IMG/VR virus record: IMGVR_UViG_3300032305_001431
Coordinates: 1-46,585 of that record
DNA length: 46,585 nucleotides
Reading direction: 5' to 3' (one strand)
From: a virus
Taxonomy: Duplodnaviria; Caudoviricetes
Position numbers and translations under genes: made by a program. Within the stretch, counting starts at the first letter, position 1. The number at the start of each line of letters is the position of its first letter. Below, in pieces: positions 42,226 through 46,585 of the stretch. The notes below the pieces were generated by a model. It saw nothing but the letters and a program-made list of their open reading frames with translations, had not been told where the DNA came from and ran no database searches.

Positions 42226-43239
42226 ATGGCAGATAATAATATCCCAGTTAAAGAACTGGAAGATGGTAGTGCAAAAGTTGCTTTTGAAGTTGAGCAAGAT
42301 CCTTTTAAAGAAGAGGACAATGCCCTTAAATCAGAAGAAACAAAACAGTCTGAAGATGCGTCCGACGAAGATGAAGATGATGATGTCGAACAGTATGCTG
42401 AAGGCGGTGAAGTAGATAACGAAGACAAACCCGACGAAACAAATGAAGATCGGGAAAGTATTCGTCAAGCACGTCGTGAAGAGCGTAGGCTAAAGAAAGA
42501 ACTAGCCAAACAGCGTGAATATACGGCAAAGAACAAGATTACTGCACTTGAGCGCCGTAATGCTGAATTAGCAGAACGGTTGTTAAAATTGGAAAGCACA
42601 ACAGCTTCCTATCAATTTGCTCAAGTCGATAAGGCGATTGAAGACGAGGCAACTCGTGTTGAATATGCCAAAATGAAATTGGTGCAAGCAGCACAAGCAA
42701 ATGATGCTAATGCACAAGTAGAGTATTTAGAGCAACTTCAAGATGCTAAAACAAAGTTAGCACAAATTCAAGCTTACAAAAAGCAACAACTTGAAGAAGC
42801 CAAACGACCAAAGCAAAATGTACCTAACGAGGTTTCTACCGAGGTACAAAAAAATGCTACAGGTTGGTTAAAAAAGAATACTTGGTATGATCCACAAGCA
42901 AGAGACACAGATAGTCGTATTGCTAAAGTGATCGATCAAGATCTAGCAGCAGAAGGTTGGGATCCAGCAGACCCCGAATATTGGGACGAGTTGGATAATC
43001 GACTGTCTGCTCGTTTGCCACATCGATATTCGGCAAAGGGAGCAAGTAGTGTGCGGCGTGTTACGCCAACTGCATCCAGTAGAACAGCAAACCCCTCTGG
43101 AAAAACAGCAAACACTATCACCCTTAGTAGAGAGCGTGTACAAGCAATCAAAGATGCTGGTGCGTGGGATGACCCCGCACGTCGCAGCAAAATGATTAAA
43201 GCATACGCTGAATTCGATAAACAAAACCGTCAAGGATAA
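42226..43239 (+). CDS. Putative scaffolding protein
   Basis: Acidic N terminus, coiled coil, W..KNTWY, DP.DPEYWDELD.RL, upstream of capsid genes. Confidence 0.7.
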   Translation: MADNNIPVKELEDGSAKVAFEVEQDPFKEEDNALKSEETKQSEDASDEDEDDDVEQYAEGGEVDNEDKPDETNEDRESIRQARREERRLKKELAKQREYTAKNKITALERRNAELAERLLKLESTTASYQFAQVDKAIEDEATRVEYAKMKLVQAAQANDANAQVEYLEQLQDAKTKLAQIQAYKKQQLEEAKRPKQNVPNEVSTEVQKNATGWLKKNTWYDPQARDTDSRIAKVIDQDLAAEGWDPADPEYWDELDNRLSARLPHRYSAKGASSVRRVTPTASSRTANPSGKTANTITLSRERVQAIKDAGAWDDPARRSKMIKAYAEFDKQNRQG

Positions 43240-43244
43240 ATAAA

Positions 43245-43796
43245 ATGGCAAACGCAAGAATTAAACGAGATATAGATGAACGCTTGGCAGATCGTGCTCA
43301 AGAAACAAAAGAGCGTATGACTGCTGTAGGCGAAAAAGATTCAAATAGGGAACGTATTGAGGCGTTCCGTGACAGGTGGCAAAACAGCGCCTTACCTGAC
43401 ATTCCAGGGGGAACAATCCCTGGATTCCATTTGTGTTGGCTATCCACCACAAATAATTATGACAGTATCGACAAACGCATGGCGTTGGGTTATGAGCCAG
43501 TGAAAGCCGCAGAATTAGGAAAAGGCTTTGAATCGCTAGGTAAAATGAGCTCGGGCAAGTTTGAAGGCTGTGTTAGCTGTAACGAAATGGTTCTCTTTAA
43601 GTTACCAGAAGAAATCTATCAAGAAGTGATGCGCATGATGCACCTCGAGGATCCCCTCGAACATCAACGCAATATCACCGCAAACGTTCGGAGCACTGCT
43701 CAAGAAGGTAAAGGCGGCAGATCTATTCTTGAAGGTGGAATTTTGGAAATGGACAAAGAGACCGCAAAGGCGAATAGTAATATTCGTTTCTCATAA
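43245..43796 (+). CDS. Conserved head-module protein
   Basis: PGFHLCWLSTT, LGYEPVKA.EL, EMVLFKLPEE. Confidence 0.7.
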   Translation: MANARIKRDIDERLADRAQETKERMTAVGEKDSNRERIEAFRDRWQNSALPDIPGGTIPGFHLCWLSTTNNYDSIDKRMALGYEPVKAAELGKGFESLGKMSSGKFEGCVSCNEMVLFKLPEEIYQEVMRMMHLEDPLEHQRNITANVRSTAQEGKGGRSILEGGILEMDKETAKANSNIRFS

Positions 43797-43829
43797 CATT
43801 CTTCAAAAATTAACAAAGGAAAACTATAA

Positions 43830-44492
43830 ATGTCCACAACATTTAAACCCTTTGGTCTGAAGCCAGTGTATCATCCAAGTGGTCTTGATCGTGCTGTTCC
43901 ATTCGTTGGAACCAACACTTTCGTCACTGGTACTACATTTACAGCTCCTTACTCTTTGAGTGCTGGTCAAACTTTTTACCAGTACCAACCAGTAAGCCTT
44001 ACCGCTTCGGGTCAATTAACGATTGCAAACCAAACCGCTGCCTCTGGCACCGTGTACGGCGTATTTGACGGTGTAGAATATACAACCGCTGAAGGCCGTC
44101 GCACTGTTGGCAAGTCTGCATCTAAGGCAACCCTTGACGCCGCCACACAAATCGTATTCTGGATCTTCGCCGACCCAGCACTCGTTTATGAGGCTCAAGT
44201 AAACGGTTCAGCAACTACCGCCTACATCGGTCGTCAGTACAACTTTGATACAACCACAGGTTCGACTGTAACCGACGGTTATACCATTGGTACAGGCGGC
44301 GCAGGCTTCTCCACCACAGCATTGTTAGCAACACCAGTTGCTACCACTGTTCAAGGACAAGTTCGTGTAGTAGGTCTAGGCCGTGAAGTAGCTTACCCAA
44401 CAGGCGAATTAAACGCTTGGGGTGACACTTACACGATTGTTCAAGTCCAAATCGCTAACAACACGTTTGTAGCGCCTAAGGTCTCGATTTAA
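43830..44492 (+). CDS. Putative minor capsid/decoration protein
   Basis: PFGLKPVYHPSG, GVFDGVEYT, DPALVYEAQ, directly before MCP. Confidence 0.7.
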   Translation: MSTTFKPFGLKPVYHPSGLDRAVPFVGTNTFVTGTTFTAPYSLSAGQTFYQYQPVSLTASGQLTIANQTAASGTVYGVFDGVEYTTAEGRRTVGKSASKATLDAATQIVFWIFADPALVYEAQVNGSATTAYIGRQYNFDTTTGSTVTDGYTIGTGGAGFSTTALLATPVATTVQGQVRVVGLGREVAYPTGELNAWGDTYTIVQVQIANNTFVAPKVSI

Positions 44493-44514
44493 TTAACAAC
44501 GAAAGGAACTAAAC

Positions 44515-45432
44515 ATGGCAACCCCAATGCGTAGTACAGACTTTCGTGCGGTAGTCGAGCCGATTATCAACGAAGTCTTTGATGGCGTTTATGAACAACG
44601 CGCTGACGAGTGGAAGGGATTTGTAGAGCAGATCCAAGGTATTCCACGTAATTATCACGAAGAAGTAATGCTGTTCGGTATGAATGCCGCTCCTGCAATG
44701 CCTGACGGAACTCCTGTCAGCTATGACCAGGGTGGTACTCTGTACATCACACGTTTCATCTATCAAATCTATGGCTTGGCATATGCCTTGACCAAGGTAT
44801 TGATGGAAGACGGTGATCACATCCGTATCGGCAGCACCTTCGCCAAGCACTTAGCTCAGTCTATGATCGAAACCAAAGAGACATTGTGCGCTAACTTATT
44901 AAACTTTGCATTCACAGCCGGCTATGTTGGCGGTGACGGCGTAACTTTAGTAGACACAGCACACCCTGTAGCTAACGGTCTCACTTATAGCAACAAGTTA
45001 AGCACTGCTGCTAGCTTGTCACAGACTTCTGTTGAGCAGATCCTCATTCAGATCCGCAGCGCTATTGACAACAATGGTAAGCGTATTCGTTTGAAGGCAG
45101 AGCAGTTAGTAGTTCCACCAGCACTTGAGTTCCAGGCAGAGGTAATCCTCAAGTCTGTTCTCCGTTCTGGTACTGCTGACAACGATCTCAACCCAATCAA
45201 GTCTACTGGAATGCTTCCAAAGGGTACACACGTTGTAACCCGTTTGAGCTCTTCTAAGGCATGGTGGGTACAGACCGATGCTGAGAATGGTCTCATGCTC
45301 GTAATGCGTCGTCCAATGGAGAAATCCATGGAAGGTGACTTCGAGACTGATTCTATGCGTTATAAGGCCACCGAGCGTTATGCGACCGGCTGGCACGATG
45401 CCCGTAACATCTACGGTACTCAAGGCGTCTAA
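44515..45432 (+). CDS. Major capsid protein (HK97 fold, Mu gpT-like)
   Basis: GGDGVTL....HP, LVVPPALEF.AE.IL.S, GTADNDLN, EGDFET...RYKATERY..GWHD.R..YG. Confidence 0.9.
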   Translation: MATPMRSTDFRAVVEPIINEVFDGVYEQRADEWKGFVEQIQGIPRNYHEEVMLFGMNAAPAMPDGTPVSYDQGGTLYITRFIYQIYGLAYALTKVLMEDGDHIRIGSTFAKHLAQSMIETKETLCANLLNFAFTAGYVGGDGVTLVDTAHPVANGLTYSNKLSTAASLSQTSVEQILIQIRSAIDNNGKRIRLKAEQLVVPPALEFQAEVILKSVLRSGTADNDLNPIKSTGMLPKGTHVVTRLSSSKAWWVQTDAENGLMLVMRRPMEKSMEGDFETDSMRYKATERYATGWHDARNIYGTQGV

Positions 45433-45451
45433 GCAACACCTCCGTAGTCCT

Positions 45452-45487
45452 AAAAGCCGCCCCACAAGGGTGGCTTTTTTACTTTTT
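45452..45487 (+). terminator. Intrinsic terminator after MCP
   Basis: AAAAGCCGCCC-cacaa-GGGTGGCTTTTTT. Confidence 0.8.
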
Positions 45488-45488
45488 G

Positions 45489-45520
45489 GGGCGCAATTGA
45501 TCTATTATTTGCATAAGTAG
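45489..45520 (+). promoter_or_regulatory. Phage promoter GGGCG-N15-TTGCATAAGTAG
   Basis: GGGCGCAATTGATCTATTATTTGCATAAGTAG. Confidence 0.8.
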
Positions 45521-45524
45521 TTAT

Positions 45525-45600
45525 AGGAAGATTAATCCCATTCTGACAGCCGATCCTTCCCGGCATGACGACTCAGAGACAGCTTGGGATACCCACTGAG
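45525..45600 (+). ncRNA. Candidate pseudoknotted 5' leader RNA
   Basis: Nested stems ATCCCA/TGGGAT, TTCTGA/TCAGAG and GCCG/CGGC. Loop CTTCC is complementary to the 5' GGAAG. Confidence 0.5.
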
Positions 45601-45616
45601 ATAAGGAAACACAACA

Positions 45617-46189
45617 ATGTCATCTACATTTACACAACCATTACGCATTTTTAAGCGTAACAACCCAACAAACGACGGCACAATCGCTCCAGATAACACT
45701 GGCGCGGTACGCCTGAGCCAGCAAGATGTAATTTTAAACCCAATCACGGCCGTAACTGCTGCAGCTACTACGCTAACAACTGCTCCTGTCGGCACAACCA
45801 CAGCGGTTCCTTTTGTATTGCCTGCCGGCGCAATCATTGAGTCATTTTCTCTTTATCAAACCACAGTTCCTGTTGGTTTAACTGGTGGTGTAATTACTGT
45901 ATCTATCAGCATCACCAACCCATCAACTAGCGCCGTGACTACTACCGCTATTGGTACAATTACTCCAACAGCGGCCGGTGGCCGTATCGCTGGTGTATTT
46001 ACAGCCTCAGCAGCTGTTGCCACTATTCTTGCTAACATTGGTCCACTTGACGCCACGTTGACATTCTCTGCAGCCGCGGTAACGGTATTAACAAGCGGCA
46101 CATTGGGCGGCACATTAGATGTTAACTACACCGCACGTAACGCTGATGGTTCGATCATTGCCTACGGTTCTGGTTATACAAATAACTAA
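45617..46189 (+). CDS. Putative virion decoration protein
   Basis: Thr/Ala/Val-rich, STFTQPLR N terminus, LPAGAII, AAGGA RBS. Confidence 0.7.
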   Translation: MSSTFTQPLRIFKRNNPTNDGTIAPDNTGAVRLSQQDVILNPITAVTAAATTLTTAPVGTTTAVPFVLPAGAIIESFSLYQTTVPVGLTGGVITVSISITNPSTSAVTTTAIGTITPTAAGGRIAGVFTASAAVATILANIGPLDATLTFSAAAVTVLTSGTLGGTLDVNYTARNADGSIIAYGSGYTNN

Positions 46190-46235
46190 TTAAGGCGGCG
46201 GGGCAACCCGCCTCTTTCACCGTCTAGGAGAAATT

Positions 46236-46585
46236 ATGTCAGCAAGACCATCAAACACATTTGTATCACCCCCGCATTCGGTAACAGTTCAAGGCGCCTA
46301 CGAGCCTTTTGAGCTTCAAGTTGCTCGTAATCAAATTATGGGGCATTATGCACTATTTAAATTTGGCATCAACGGAGCCGTAGGAACATCAACAGAAACA
46401 GTTTGGGCTGAGGGTGGAACCTATGTATACCCTGCTGCTGCTACTGTAATGAAAATTTCTAGTTCCAGCGCGGATGACGCTGCAGCTGGCACTGGCGCAA
46501 GAACAATTTTAATTACTGGTCTTAACGCTAACTACAACGAAATTAGCGAAACAGTAACATTAAACGGCCAGACCGAGGTTAACAC
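46236..46585 (+). CDS. Virion structural protein (partial, runs off window)
   Basis: MSARPSNTF...PFELQVARNQI.GH..LFKFG.N...ETVW..GG.Y.YP...SSSS.DD...GTGARTI, AGGAG RBS. Confidence 0.75.
   Translation, partial: MSARPSNTFVSPPHSVTVQGAYEPFELQVARNQIMGHYALFKFGINGAVGTSTETVWAEGGTYVYPAAATVMKISSSSADDAAAGTGARTILITGLNANYNEISETVTLNGQTEVN

Noticed and set aside
34721-45520. TTGCA motif as a sigma-54 -12 element
   Set aside because: The required GG 10 nt upstream of GC is absent. The conserved GGGCG lies 20 nt upstream instead
1-46585. tRNA, integrase, holin/endolysin cassette, reverse transcriptase/DGR
   Set aside because: No cloverleaf or diagnostic motifs recognised in this window

Overview
The whole window is part of a tailed dsDNA phage genome, probably with a short tail and internal ejection proteins. 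The host is inferred to be a freshwater Betaproteobacterium. The window has four blocks. (i) 1-9447 (+) holds the end of the virion operon with putative internal/ejection proteins. (ii) 9448-22589 (-) is the replication module: PolA, class II RNR, DUF2815 SSB, DUF2800 nuclease, a displaced TerS-like gene, SNF2 helicase, VRR-NUC and primase-SF3 helicase. (iii) 23038-33531 (-) holds early/middle genes, including a C5 methyltransferase with an overprinted beta subunit, a sigma factor lacking region 4 and a GP88-like gene. (iv) 34757-46585 (+) is the packaging/head module: a free-standing degenerate intein, TerL, portal, GroES-like protein, scaffold and MCP. I saw no integrase, tRNA or CRISPR array. 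The most striking signals are non-coding. The ~2.5 kb divergence region is tiled with back-to-back host-regulator-like sites (NtrC, Fur, PhaR-like, IHF, Fis, OxyR-like, IclR-like and two unassigned palindromes). A bipartite promoter GGGCG-N15-TTGCATAAGTAG recurs and could be read by a split sigma factor encoded by two separate genes. Twin iteron origin-like elements lie 11.7 kb apart, and several leaders look structured. All family assignments come from motif recognition by eye; no database searches were run.
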